The position numbers and the translations under genes are program-made. Below, piece after piece: positions 1 to 8,740 of a DNA stretch of 64,000 nt (positions are counted from its first letter, which is position 1; every line of letters starts with the position of its first letter). This stretch comes from Escherichia phage HEMP5, in the sequence record OR424388.1. One strand, written 5' to 3'. The notes beneath the pieces are model-generated. The model searched no databases. It was not told where the DNA came from and saw only the letters and a program-made list of their open reading frames with translations.

Positions 1-140
1 TCGACAGAACCATCTGCGTACATCATAAATGAATGTACAACAACTTCTGTAGACCATGGTTGCAATTCATATTTCTTCATTACATGCCGTGAAATGATAA
101 TATCTAAATCTTCATTTGGTTTAATCCAACGATTTAACAT
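1..140 (-). CDS. Hypothetical early protein, N-terminal part only (gene runs off the left edge)
   Basis: ATG at 140-138 preceded by GGAGAG Shine-Dalgarno and an early promoter. Frame is open to position 1 (MLNRWIKPNEDLDIIISRHVMKKYELQPW...). Absent from the ORF track because it is truncated. Confidence 0.7.
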   Translation of the reverse strand, partial: MLNRWIKPNEDLDIIISRHVMKKYELQPWSTEVVVHSFMMYADGSV

Positions 141-166
141 AGTGCTCTCCTCTATAAGATAATTCT

Positions 167-196
167 ATTATACCATACTCATTTTGGAAAGTAAAC
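167..196 (-). promoter_or_regulatory. T4-type early (sigma70) promoter
   Basis: Minus strand reads GTTTAC-N17-(G)GTATAAT about 25 nt upstream of the ATG at 140. Confidence 0.75.
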
Positions 197-212
197 CGGT
201 AGAATGAAAAAA

Positions 213-230
213 GGACTCCCGAAGGAGTCC
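213..230 (-). terminator. C(UUCG)G tetraloop hairpin downstream of soc
   Basis: Minus-strand RNA GGACUCC-UUCG-GGAGUCC, a perfect 7-bp stem starting 9 nt after the soc stop. Confidence 0.7.
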
Positions 231-238
231 TTGAATTA

Positions 239-475
239 TTAACCACCTATTTCTGTGGGCGTAAACATTGCAGCATTCTTAGTTTTCCAAGTTGCTGCAT
301 CGGAAACTACATCAGAATAAGCTGCTTTTTCTGACGGAAAGATTTGATAATGAGAATCTGCAATACGATGCTCGTTAGAATAGATTTCAAACGGAACAGA
401 AACTTCCATACCTTTAACTTCTTTGCCTTCACCTGCTGGATGAGTAAAGGTCTTGATGTTAACGAAACCACCCAT
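239..475 (-). CDS. soc: Small outer capsid protein Soc
   Basis: ORF track, 78 aa. Contains YVNIKTF...HYQxFPSEKAAY, characteristic of Soc. Late promoter lies upstream, and the gene sits next to gene 56 as in T-even phages. Confidence 0.9.
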   Translation of the reverse strand: MGGFVNIKTFTHPAGEGKEVKGMEVSVPFEIYSNEHRIADSHYQIFPSEKAAYSDVVSDAATWKTKNAAMFTPTEIGG

Positions 476-506
476 AATAAACTCCTTTATTGTTTAATTA
501 CAGGTG

Positions 507-514
507 TATTTATA
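507..514 (-). promoter_or_regulatory. Late promoter TATAAATA for soc
   Basis: Exact TATAAATA on the minus strand, 32 nt upstream of the soc ATG. Confidence 0.75.
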
Positions 515-516
515 AC

Positions 517-657
517 TTACAATTTAGCGGCTTTCCAGAGTTGTTCAATAATCTCTTGGTCTATTTCTTTAGTTATTTCATTACGTAATAAAGCAGTAAG
601 GGCTTTCGCCCTTTTCTTATTCAACTTTTTGAGTTGACGTTTATTTAAACGAGCCAT
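517..657 (-). CDS. Small basic protein (46 aa)
   Basis: ATG overlaps the gene 56 stop (TAATG). Hand translation: MARLNKRQLKKLNKKRAKALTALLRNEITKEIDQEIIEQLWKAAKL. Below the ORF-track size cutoff. Confidence 0.5.
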   Translation of the reverse strand: MARLNKRQLKKLNKKRAKALTALLRNEITKEIDQEIIEQLWKAAKL

Positions 658-1175
658 TAATAACCTCGGTCTTGACGTGCGAAATTTTCAGCATTTTTCA
701 GGTAATAAAGTTTAAAGATTTCTTCTGCTGTAAGACCAAGACCTTGGAACATGTTCAGAACGAAATGGAGAATATCAATCATTTCAAACTTAATTTCCAG
801 TTGGTCTTGTGGAGACAAATCAGTAATCAGAGTTTCACGACGTTCACCATGCTGCGACTTCCAAGGTTTCCATACAGCAGATGCGTCTTTTTCACCATTA
901 CTCATACCACCAAGAGAAGTTAGAAGTTCACGGAATTCATCGTCAATATAATCTTTCTGATTACGCAACCAATCAACAACTTCACCGGCAGTAGCCAAAT
1001 CATCAGGATGACGATTATATTCAGGTTTATCTTTAGCTAAACGAATCTGCAGAGATTTCTGCATGTCAAGCATTACCTGCAACGGGTCTTTTTCATCACC
1101 GAGAATATCCCAGTATTCATTTTGAGCTTTATCAGCGCCTTCAATCAGTTGTGAACATTCATTAAAGTATGCCAT
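657..1175 (-). CDS. 56: dCTPase/dUTPase (dCTP pyrophosphatase), gene 56
   Basis: ORF track 657..1268. The internal ATG at 1175 gives 172 aa starting MAYFNEC..., ending ...LKNAENFARQDRGY, matching T4 gp56 in length and sequence as remembered. Confidence 0.93.
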   Translation of the reverse strand: MAYFNECSQLIEGADKAQNEYWDILGDEKDPLQVMLDMQKSLQIRLAKDKPEYNRHPDDLATAGEVVDWLRNQKDYIDDEFRELLTSLGGMSNGEKDASAVWKPWKSQHGERRETLITDLSPQDQLEIKFEMIDILHFVLNMFQGLGLTAEEIFKLYYLKNAENFARQDRGY

Positions 1176-1209
1176 TATTTTTCCTTTCAATTCATGGGTT
1201 AGTAGATTA

Positions 1210-1235
1210 ATTATACAATAAATATATAAAGCAAT
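1210..1235 (-). promoter_or_regulatory. MotA-dependent middle promoter candidate for gene 56
   Basis: Minus strand ATTGCTTTA (MotA box), 11 nt, then TATAAT, about 35 nt upstream of the gene 56 ATG. Confidence 0.5.
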
Positions 1236-1246
1236 AAGGAGGACAT

Positions 1247-1447
1247 ATGGTACAAAAATTAATGGCACTTGTTAATGCCATCAAAGGTAATAAAAAGCGT
1301 ATAGCTTTTACTATTTCTGCTATGGTAGGAATTTTACTCTGGAACTTTATTTTATCACCTGTTGCAATTGCACATGGTATTAATATTCCAGTAGTTACTC
1401 TTGATACATTCGTAGATTTAGCATTCGCTTTAGTTGGGTTAATTTAA
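1247..1447 (+). CDS. Small hydrophobic protein (66 aa) on the opposite strand
   Basis: ORF track. AAGGAGG Shine-Dalgarno at 1236-1242, 4 nt before the ATG. Two hydrophobic segments. Its stop overlaps the stop of gene 61 (convergent). Confidence 0.5.
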   Translation: MVQKLMALVNAIKGNKKRIAFTISAMVGILLWNFILSPVAIAHGINIPVVTLDTFVDLAFALVGLI

Positions 1448-2472
1448 ATCTTAGCATATTTAGATAACCGCATTTTAGCCATCAACCCCTGAGCAATATT
1501 ATTTTTCATATATTCCATAATTTGTTCAGTGGTTGCACCTTCCTTTCTAATCATATCATTAACATCTTTTGATTTCCAGGGAGATTTATCCCAAAACATA
1601 ACCCTTTCTCCTGCATCAACTAATTTAGTCATTCGCTTAATAGTGTCAGGATGACGAGGTTCATTATCTAAAACCCACACACGTCTATCTTTAAATGGAA
1701 CAACTTCTAGGTCTAATTGACCACCTGTAATAGCTATACCATTTTCAATAAAAAGCGAATCTATAGGTCCTTCTAGAACATATACATCACCATCTTTGAC
1801 TCGTTCGACTCCATAGATTTTTGTTGCCTCAGGATAAGCTTTGATGGTGATATATTTTTGAGGAGCATCTTTCTTTAATGCACGTCCTTGAAAAGACTCA
1901 GCTTTTCCGTTAGCATTATAAATTGGAATAACAAGACGAGGCTCAGGTGTTTCCTTTTTATATGTTCCTGGAGCTATACTATTAACTAATTTAGGCCATT
2001 CAGTTGTAAACCAAAGATATTTCCATTTATCCTTTGGAATACAACGAGCTTTTACATATTTTATAATTGGATGGTCTTCCGCCAATTTATCTAATCTGAT
2101 GCATGACGGAAGAGATTTAATTATTTTCTTCTCAGGTTGTTTAGGAAGTTCTTTAGGTTTTTCTACTGGACGACTTTTACCTTTTTCTTTTCTTATTTCA
2201 AAGATATACTCACGATATAAATCAGGTTCAAACTCCTTTAAATATATTCCGATTGGTGCATGATAGTTACAGTTATAACAATGAATATTTCCTTCATTAT
2301 TATCGCCATAATACCATCCACGGGCTTTATTTTGATCGGTTTTTGAATCTCCACAAACGGGACATCTAAACCGTAATTTAAAAGTTGAACTATTATTTAC
2401 TTGTGCGAATTTAGGTAAATGAGCCAATGCACGGTATGCAAACTCATTATCAATCCAAGGTATTGATGACAT
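1444..2472 (-). CDS. 61: DNA primase, gene 61
   Basis: 342 aa. Starts MSSIPWIDNEFAYRALAHLPKF with zinc ribbon CPVCGDS...CYNC. Near-identical to T4 gp61 as remembered. Confidence 0.97.
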   Translation of the reverse strand: MSSIPWIDNEFAYRALAHLPKFAQVNNSSTFKLRFRCPVCGDSKTDQNKARGWYYGDNNEGNIHCYNCNYHAPIGIYLKEFEPDLYREYIFEIRKEKGKSRPVEKPKELPKQPEKKIIKSLPSCIRLDKLAEDHPIIKYVKARCIPKDKWKYLWFTTEWPKLVNSIAPGTYKKETPEPRLVIPIYNANGKAESFQGRALKKDAPQKYITIKAYPEATKIYGVERVKDGDVYVLEGPIDSLFIENGIAITGGQLDLEVVPFKDRRVWVLDNEPRHPDTIKRMTKLVDAGERVMFWDKSPWKSKDVNDMIRKEGATTEQIMEYMKNNIAQGLMAKMRLSKYAKI

Positions 2473-2474
2473 TT

Positions 2475-2639
2475 TTACTCTTCTTTTTCTTTAGATTCCT
2501 CTTTTTTCTTTTTAGGAATCTGTTCAGGACCTTTATTTACTACAGCACCTGACGTTGTTCCAGTGGAGATATTTTCAGGATTACCACCTGAATCTCCAGC
2601 TACCATATCTTCTTTAATAAATTCTTTATATGTTTTCAT
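2475..2639 (-). CDS. 61.1: Small acidic/lysine-rich protein 61.1 (54 aa)
   Basis: Hand-translated MKTYKEFIKEDMVAGDSGGNPENISTGTTSGAVVNKGPEQIPKKKKEESKEKEE. Fills the gap between 61 and the next ORF. Confidence 0.7.
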   Translation of the reverse strand: MKTYKEFIKEDMVAGDSGGNPENISTGTTSGAVVNKGPEQIPKKKKEESKEKEE

Positions 2640-2640
2640 A

Positions 2641-3267
2641 TTAACCTCTATTCATAAAAGCATTAAAAATTTGGTCATCAATAGAAACATCTACTTTAGA
2701 CTGTTTTTCTGATGGTAATTCATATCCACATATTACAATTTTGTGATCAATATCAAAATACACAGAAGCAATATGATTAATGATGTTTTCAGTAAAGTCT
2801 AAATCAACATCAATATCTTTTTGACCACAGCCCAAAGGATAAATAATGCGAGTAATTCGATTATCTTTAACAAAGATTCCACCGACATACTCTGTGCTGC
2901 GTTTAAAGTCTACACGCCAACGAAATGAAAAATATTCAGGCTCTTTATGAGCTCTGCTCATAGGACACAACGAGTAACTAGAATAAGAGATGTCAAATCC
3001 TACGCCTTCAATATGAGCCAAAGTATCATGATTAAACCAATTATAATCGTACGCCAAATCCATTAGATTATAATATGTAAAAGGCACCGGATTAACGTCA
3101 TTAATCACAAGCATGTAATTAGCAACTGCTATAATTTCATTGTTTTTAACGAATACAAACCGTGATTGATGCGAATGACCTGGACCCGCGTTTTCACGAT
3201 TAATGATATAACACTGGGCACCTTTATATTTGTATGTATCTTTGCACTTGTGCATTTGATAGAGCAT
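2641..3267 (-). CDS. 61.2: Conserved T-even early protein 61.2 (208 aa). To my recollection this is the family renamed AdfA (anti-DarT factor).
   Basis: ORF track, 208 aa. Size and position match T4 61.2. Confidence 0.8.
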   Translation of the reverse strand: MLYQMHKCKDTYKYKGAQCYIINRENAGPGHSHQSRFVFVKNNEIIAVANYMLVINDVNPVPFTYYNLMDLAYDYNWFNHDTLAHIEGVGFDISYSSYSLCPMSRAHKEPEYFSFRWRVDFKRSTEYVGGIFVKDNRITRIIYPLGCGQKDIDVDLDFTENIINHIASVYFDIDHKIVICGYELPSEKQSKVDVSIDDQIFNAFMNRG

Positions 3268-3560
3268 TATTCACCTACCACTTCAGCGATGATATTTTTA
3301 TTATTAAAGTTTTTATCGCAATACAGAACATAATTATACTGCATTACACCACCAGACTTAAGCTGTTTTTGCACTTCAGCTTTCATTTCGGGGCGATCGC
3401 GCTCAACGATATTCATAATATCTGCTTCAATTTGAGTTTCAACCTCAGTCTGATCCGCAGTCATAGACCATTCGCACAAATCTTTATCATAGCCTGCCAT
3501 GGCAGGTTGAGCAGCGCAAGAAGCTAAAGCAAAAATTGCAGCAAAGATAAATTTTTTCAT
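3267..3560 (-). CDS. sp: Spackle periplasmic protein (superinfection exclusion, inhibitor of the gp5 lysozyme)
   Basis: 97 aa with signal peptide MKKFIFAAIFALASCAAQPAMA. Position 61.3. Matches T4 Sp as remembered. Confidence 0.9.
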   Translation of the reverse strand: MKKFIFAAIFALASCAAQPAMAGYDKDLCEWSMTADQTEVETQIEADIMNIVERDRPEMKAEVQKQLKSGGVMQYNYVLYCDKNFNNKNIIAEVVGE

Positions 3561-3620
3561 GATAATCTCCTCGGTAGTTTATGTTTATATAATATCTCAA
3601 TTTCCAACAAAAGTAAATAG

Positions 3621-3878
3621 TTATTTTAAAACTTCTGCGTAATCACATGTTACAAACTGTTTCTCTAGCTTGACGATTTTACGAAAGTATCTTTTGCATT
3701 GGCGAATCTGCCTCTTCGTAGGACGTACAGCAAACTTAATAAATTCCACTCGACCAAATGGAGGACTTTCTTCTGCTGGAATATCTAACACCAATTCCCA
3801 CGTATCTGCAACAAGTGCTTTGAATTGCGTATTTTTCCTGACATTATACGGAGTAGGTTTAAATAAAACAATATGCAT
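3621..3878 (-). CDS. 61.4: Early protein 61.4 (85 aa). To my recollection this is TifA, the inhibitor of the ToxN toxin.
   Basis: ORF track, 85 aa, basic. Lies immediately downstream of dmd in the same early transcription unit. Confidence 0.8.
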   Translation of the reverse strand: MHIVLFKPTPYNVRKNTQFKALVADTWELVLDIPAEESPPFGRVEFIKFAVRPTKRQIRQCKRYFRKIVKLEKQFVTCDYAEVLK

Positions 3879-3879
3879 A

Positions 3880-4062
3880 TTATCCTCGGCAATCTACTTC
3901 ACATACTTTCTTGTCATCAATGAAAGCTTTAACTAATGCTTTATTAACTTCAGCATACTGAGTAGTAACCCATTGAACATCATCTTTCATCATTGTGGTT
4001 TCTTTAGTAAACATGCTTTCATTCTTAAACCACCCCATAAAAACTACCTTTACCAATTCCAT
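3880..4062 (-). CDS. dmd: Dmd antitoxin (inhibits the RnlA/LsoA RNase toxins)
   Basis: 60 aa, MELVKVVFMGWFKNESMFTKE...VCEVDCRG. Matches T4 Dmd (61.5). Confidence 0.93.
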   Translation of the reverse strand: MELVKVVFMGWFKNESMFTKETTMMKDDVQWVTTQYAEVNKALVKAFIDDKKVCEVDCRG

Positions 4063-4091
4063 AACAATCTCCTCATTTAACCAACAAGACT

Positions 4092-4121
4092 ACTATACCA
4101 TAGTCTTGTCAGCTTGTAAAC
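4092..4121 (-). promoter_or_regulatory. T4-type early promoter driving dmd/61.4
   Basis: Minus strand GTTTACA-N17-(G)GTATAGT, followed by a GAGGAG Shine-Dalgarno and the dmd ATG. Confidence 0.75.
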
Positions 4122-5548
4122 TAAAATTTTAATTCATTCGCCAAAGCATCTAACTGAGCTCGAGTGGATTCATTTCTTTGATAGCGATTCTGTTCAGCCT
4201 GAATCTGTTGTGAACCTGCTACTTCACTCACTTCGGTTGGAGTAGAATCTTGTTCAATTTCTACCCATTTTTGATTTCCTTTTTGAACACCCATCAAAAA
4301 CTTATTCCACTTATTCTTATCACCATATCGTGATTTGATTTGCTTAATAAGTTGTTGTTCAGCAGCTGCCAACTCCTCGGTTTCAATGACCGCAAGCATA
4401 AAATCAGCTGTCGCTGGAAGACCAGCAGATTCTGCGATATCACTCATGTTAACATCGGAAGAGTCCCAAGCTTGTTTACCGACCTGTGCTGCAGTCCAAA
4501 GAACAGTTTCGGTTTCAACAGCAAGAGCACGCAATTCCTCTGCAATAGCTTTAACAGTTGTGTAACTATTTTCTGAATAAACTCTAATGCGGCAAGATTT
4601 ACAAATACCTAGATAGTCGACAATAATGATTGTTGGAACAAAATTCTTCTTGAGCTTCAATTCATTCAAGAGAGACCTGAATGTGTTAGCATCTGCCCCA
4701 CCAGTGGGATACTGTTTAACGATTAAACGACCAAGAGTAGATTTCTCACGCCATTTTTCCATTTTTCCTTTATACTCAGCGTAAGAAATATGCCCATCAT
4801 CAATGTCATCAAGAGAAACATCAAGCATATTAGCATCAATACGCTTAGCACAGACTTCTTCTGCCATTTCCATGGAAATGTAAAGAACATTATGTCCGAG
4901 CTGCAAATAATCTGCTGCCAATGAACAAAGTCCTAATGATTTACCAACGTTAACGCCAGCCATTAAAACGTTCAGTGTCCCAGTCTCAGCTCCGCCTTTA
5001 GTAATTTTGTTTAGAATTCTGAGTTTAAATGGAACCTTACGAGCTTTATTCATATAAGATAGCCAACGTGCTTCGTAGTCATCCATCCAATCATGACCAA
5101 CGTAACTATCAAATGAAATTGATAATGCTTGGCGCATGATGTCAGGAATAGCACCAACGTCCGGCATTTTCTTATTTCGTTTTTCCGGAGGAAGCTCAGC
5201 ATTAGTTTGAATTTCGATTATTTTAGACGTAGCATTAAACATCGCCCTTTGCTGAACATATTTTTCTGTTTCTTTTACTAACCAGCTGTGGTCTTCCGGA
5301 GAATCAGCTAGTTTTGAAATAAGTGTTTTTACACCAGAATATTCTGTTTCAGTAAATGAACTATTTTCTAATGCAACATTTAACGCATTAATAGATGGAA
5401 CGCTATGGTACTCGTTAACATGAGATTTAATTAATTTGAACGTATTTTTAGCTGGACCACTTTCAAAATATTCTGAATCCATATATGGCCAAACTTTTGA
5501 AAAATAAGCTTGATCAAATATGAGATGAGAAAGAATAATTTCTACCAC
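4121..5548 (-). CDS. 41: Replicative DNA helicase, gene 41
   Basis: 475 aa with GTG start (MVEIILSHLIFDQ...) and Walker A GVNVGKS. Matches T4 gp41. Confidence 0.97.
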   Translation of the reverse strand: MVEIILSHLIFDQAYFSKVWPYMDSEYFESGPAKNTFKLIKSHVNEYHSVPSINALNVALENSSFTETEYSGVKTLISKLADSPEDHSWLVKETEKYVQQRAMFNATSKIIEIQTNAELPPEKRNKKMPDVGAIPDIMRQALSISFDSYVGHDWMDDYEARWLSYMNKARKVPFKLRILNKITKGGAETGTLNVLMAGVNVGKSLGLCSLAADYLQLGHNVLYISMEMAEEVCAKRIDANMLDVSLDDIDDGHISYAEYKGKMEKWREKSTLGRLIVKQYPTGGADANTFRSLLNELKLKKNFVPTIIIVDYLGICKSCRIRVYSENSYTTVKAIAEELRALAVETETVLWTAAQVGKQAWDSSDVNMSDIAESAGLPATADFMLAVIETEELAAAEQQLIKQIKSRYGDKNKWNKFLMGVQKGNQKWVEIEQDSTPTEVSEVAGSQQIQAEQNRYQRNESTRAQLDALANELKF

Positions 5549-5557
5549 ACTTACTCC

Positions 5558-5902
5558 TTAAAAGAATTTAAACTTTTTCTTTGACCTTTTATTAAATGCA
5601 TCTTGTAGTTGCATTGTAATACATTTTTCTACATGAGGAGCTAACTCAGCTTTTCTTTTTTGGTCAAGAACAGCAAAGTCCATTACGACTTTTCCATCAA
5701 CCCAATCTAATTTTGTCACATACACAATATGTGTAGAACCATCTTCTAGTTTAATGACAATCTCCTGGATAACATTTTCCATGGCAGATTTAATTATTTT
5801 AAGAGATTCATTAAAAAGACGTTCTTTTCTTTCTTCTTCCCCCTCCGAAGAGGGGGATTCATCGATAATTTCTAGATCTAAATCTAAATCATCTTTATTC
5901 AT
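5558..5902 (-). CDS. 40: Head vertex assembly chaperone, gene 40
   Basis: ORF track 5558..5920, which begins at a GTG. The first ATG at 5902 (MNKDDLDLDLEIIDE...) overlaps the uvsX stop. Start choice is uncertain. Confidence 0.85.
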   Translation of the reverse strand: MNKDDLDLDLEIIDESPSSEGEEERKERLFNESLKIIKSAMENVIQEIVIKLEDGSTHIVYVTKLDWVDGKVVMDFAVLDQKRKAELAPHVEKCITMQLQDAFNKRSKKKFKFF

Positions 5903-7076
5903 TAAATTCTTCCATATCACTTAACTGCTCGAGGTCAGTTTCTAAATCAGCAGCTGATTTACTTTTACTTTCTGGAGATTTAAATTTTTCAACCTTTGAG
6001 TTAATCAATTCATCAACTTCAGCTTCAACAATTTCATTACTATCAATAGCACCTAACTGATAAGCACGTTTAATAGCATCTCGGAATGGTTGATGCTTAA
6101 ATAAAGGACCCCAGAATGTAGTGCAGTTAGTATCTTTTGCACGCCAAGATTTTTCTTCGCGAATCATCTCGCCGGTTTCTTCGTCAAGAAATTCACGAGC
6201 ATACCAACCATTCTTAGGTTTTACTACAAATCCTAATTCTAGAGCCATATCTAACAATCCAGAATAAGGATCGATACCACCGTCAAATTTAACATCAATA
6301 AAGAATTTACTTTTTTCTTTAACGGTACGAGATTTTTCTACATTTAGAACAAATTGATACCCCTGAAGATCAGAACCATCTTTAATCTGACGTTTACCGA
6401 TAATGAATACAGTATCAGCCGAATACATTACGCCTGTACCACCTGTCATCACGGTTTTACTAAACATTTCAATTGTTTCAATTGTATGGTTAACCGCAAC
6501 ACACGGAATATTTTTAATGCTAAAATAAGGAGTAACGATACGGAATAATGACTTCAGTGATTTAGCACGAGTCATATCTGCAACAGATTTTTCATTCAAG
6601 GCATCTTCCGTTTCTTTCTTAGAAGCCATATTACCGATTGAGTCGATGAATACAATAACCTTTTCGCCACGCTCAATAGCTTCAAGCTGATTCACCATGT
6701 CAATTTTCAGCTGTTCAACTGACTGAATCGGCGTATGAATTACTCGTTCCGGGTCAACTCCCATGGATCGCAAATAAGCTGGAGTAATACCAAATTCGCT
6801 ATCATAGAATAGACAAACCGCGTCAGGATATTTGTTCAAATATGCCGCAACCATAGTCAAAGACATATTTGATTTAAAGTGTTTAGAAGGCCCTGCGAAA
6901 ATAGTTAAACCAGACTGCATACCGCCATCAATCGCACCAGAAATAGCAATATTCAGCATTGGAATTTTTGTACGGATTACATCCTTTTCATTAAAGAATT
7001 TAGATGTAGTCAGTTCAGCAGTCATTTTAGAAGTGGAAGCTTTAATCAAACGGGATTTTAAATCTGCAATAGACAT
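5895..7076 (-). CDS. uvsX: UvsX recombinase (RecA/Rad51 family)
   Basis: 393 aa, MSIADLKSRLIKASTSKMTAELT..., Walker A GPSKHFKS. Matches T4 UvsX. Confidence 0.97.
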   Translation of the reverse strand: MSIADLKSRLIKASTSKMTAELTTSKFFNEKDVIRTKIPMLNIAISGAIDGGMQSGLTIFAGPSKHFKSNMSLTMVAAYLNKYPDAVCLFYDSEFGITPAYLRSMGVDPERVIHTPIQSVEQLKIDMVNQLEAIERGEKVIVFIDSIGNMASKKETEDALNEKSVADMTRAKSLKSLFRIVTPYFSIKNIPCVAVNHTIETIEMFSKTVMTGGTGVMYSADTVFIIGKRQIKDGSDLQGYQFVLNVEKSRTVKEKSKFFIDVKFDGGIDPYSGLLDMALELGFVVKPKNGWYAREFLDEETGEMIREEKSWRAKDTNCTTFWGPLFKHQPFRDAIKRAYQLGAIDSNEIVEAEVDELINSKVEKFKSPESKSKSAADLETDLEQLSDMEEFNE

Positions 7077-7153
7077 TCATTTTTTCCATAGGCATCATTA
7101 TATTTTCCTCACTGGTTAAAGATAGAATAATTATAACACAATAAATTTAGGCA

Positions 7154-7996
7154 TTAATCAACTGCTATTGGATGAATAGCATTAAACTTATGAAATGCTT
7201 CTGATTTTTCTTTACGTGAAACGCACATGCGAAGAACCTTTAATGGCTCGTCTTCTTCACCCAACGATTTTCGTTTTTCAATATTAGAAGTTTTCCAACG
7301 AGCTTGCTCTGGAAACTCTCTATTGATTTGCTCAAGCGCTCTATTATGTTTAGAATTACTACGAATTGAACTGCACCCGCCAGGAGCTTGTGCTTTTCCA
7401 GATACAACCAGATATTTGAACAAGGCCAAATGCGGATAACCTTGATTAATTAAATTGAGAAATGCATACATATCTTCGCACAAATCAATTTTTCCATACC
7501 CAATTTGTTCTGTCGTAAGTTTTCCGAGGTCATACCATGTATTCGTGAATCCATATGAGTTTTCACGATAATTACCCCAAGATGAAGTAATTTTAAAAAT
7601 TGGTAGGCGAGCATGACCGTGATAATACCCGCAATCCATGGCATCTTCGACGTATTGAATCAATTCATAGAACTGTTCATGAGTCAATTGATTGACTTTA
7701 TCTACACAACGACGGTCATCTCTTTTTCGCATTGAACTCATACGAATAGTAGTATCATCGTCAATCATCCAGATTCGTTGACCTGCATACATATCAGTAA
7801 TTGCTTTACGAGTACCGGCAATTCCGTTTACATCATCAGGAATAGTTACAATTTTAGCTCTAGACCCATAGGCATCATAATAAGCTTTTTCTTCATGTTC
7901 ACGCACTACAATATGGGGTTCATAATCAGTCGGAAACATATCAAGGGCAGAAACTGCCCCGACACGCTGATAACTTGGAATTACGAATTGAATCAT
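7154..7996 (-). CDS. GT-A fold (DxD) glycosyltransferase at the b-gt position. Called as the T2/T6-type beta-glucosyl-HMC-alpha-glucosyl transferase (ba-gt).
   Basis: ORF track 7154..8002. The ATG at 7996 forms an ATGA overlap with the gene 42 stop and gives 280 aa. Contains motif IWMIDDDTTI. Lies between uvsX and 42, where T4 carries the 351-aa b-gt. Confidence 0.75.
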   Translation of the reverse strand: MIQFVIPSYQRVGAVSALDMFPTDYEPHIVVREHEEKAYYDAYGSRAKIVTIPDDVNGIAGTRKAITDMYAGQRIWMIDDDTTIRMSSMRKRDDRRCVDKVNQLTHEQFYELIQYVEDAMDCGYYHGHARLPIFKITSSWGNYRENSYGFTNTWYDLGKLTTEQIGYGKIDLCEDMYAFLNLINQGYPHLALFKYLVVSGKAQAPGGCSSIRSNSKHNRALEQINREFPEQARWKTSNIEKRKSLGEEDEPLKVLRMCVSRKEKSEAFHKFNAIHPIAVD

Positions 7997-8733
7997 TTCC
8001 ACTCACCTTTATAGTCTTTTTTCACAATATGAGTTTCGCCAGTATTCCACCAATGATCAACCAAGTAAAAATGACGAGAATATACATGAAGACTTCCGAC
8101 ATTCCATATAATAGAACCTGCTTTATACTGACGAGTTGAATCGCCGGCATTCAAATCAGATACTAATTTATCTAATACGTATTTTTGCCATGCATAATCA
8201 TTGCGGAATCCGAAGACCACGTCATTTGAGCGCATGCTTACTACTGCATTTACTTTCTTATCACGAATCAGGTACTGTACTGTATTAGTACACATGAAAT
8301 CTGACATACCATCTTTATTGTAGTCAAATTGCATGGATGGACGAGTATAAATCATGATACCACGCCGAGAATCAGGATTTTGACCAAGTTCAGCTAAACA
8401 CATATCATACTGGGCATAGTTATCTTCTGACCAAATAGCCCAACCATAATTCGAGTTAATTTCGCCTTTAGAAGATGCTACCTGCTGCCAAATCTTTGGT
8501 GTTTCACCTGGAATATCTTTAACAAACAAGCTCTTAGATTTATACCATTCAAGTTCGCGCTGAATGTATTCATCATTAAGAGCGCCAAAAATAAACGGTT
8601 CATCTGCTACAAATGATGCGCCAATAATTTCAATAGTTTTAACACCGGTTTTATCAACTACGAAATCTTTTTCTTTTAATGCAAGCCCCAAATGAAGACG
8701 GATTTCTTCAACTGTCATAGAGTCACTAATCAT
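7993..8733 (-). CDS. 42: dCMP hydroxymethylase, gene 42
   Basis: 246 aa, MISDSMTVEEIRLHLGLALKEKDF... Thymidylate-synthase-like. Matches T4 gp42. Confidence 0.97.
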   Translation of the reverse strand: MISDSMTVEEIRLHLGLALKEKDFVVDKTGVKTIEIIGASFVADEPFIFGALNDEYIQRELEWYKSKSLFVKDIPGETPKIWQQVASSKGEINSNYGWAIWSEDNYAQYDMCLAELGQNPDSRRGIMIYTRPSMQFDYNKDGMSDFMCTNTVQYLIRDKKVNAVVSMRSNDVVFGFRNDYAWQKYVLDKLVSDLNAGDSTRQYKAGSIIWNVGSLHVYSRHFYLVDHWWNTGETHIVKKDYKGEWK

Positions 8734-8740
8734 TTAAACC

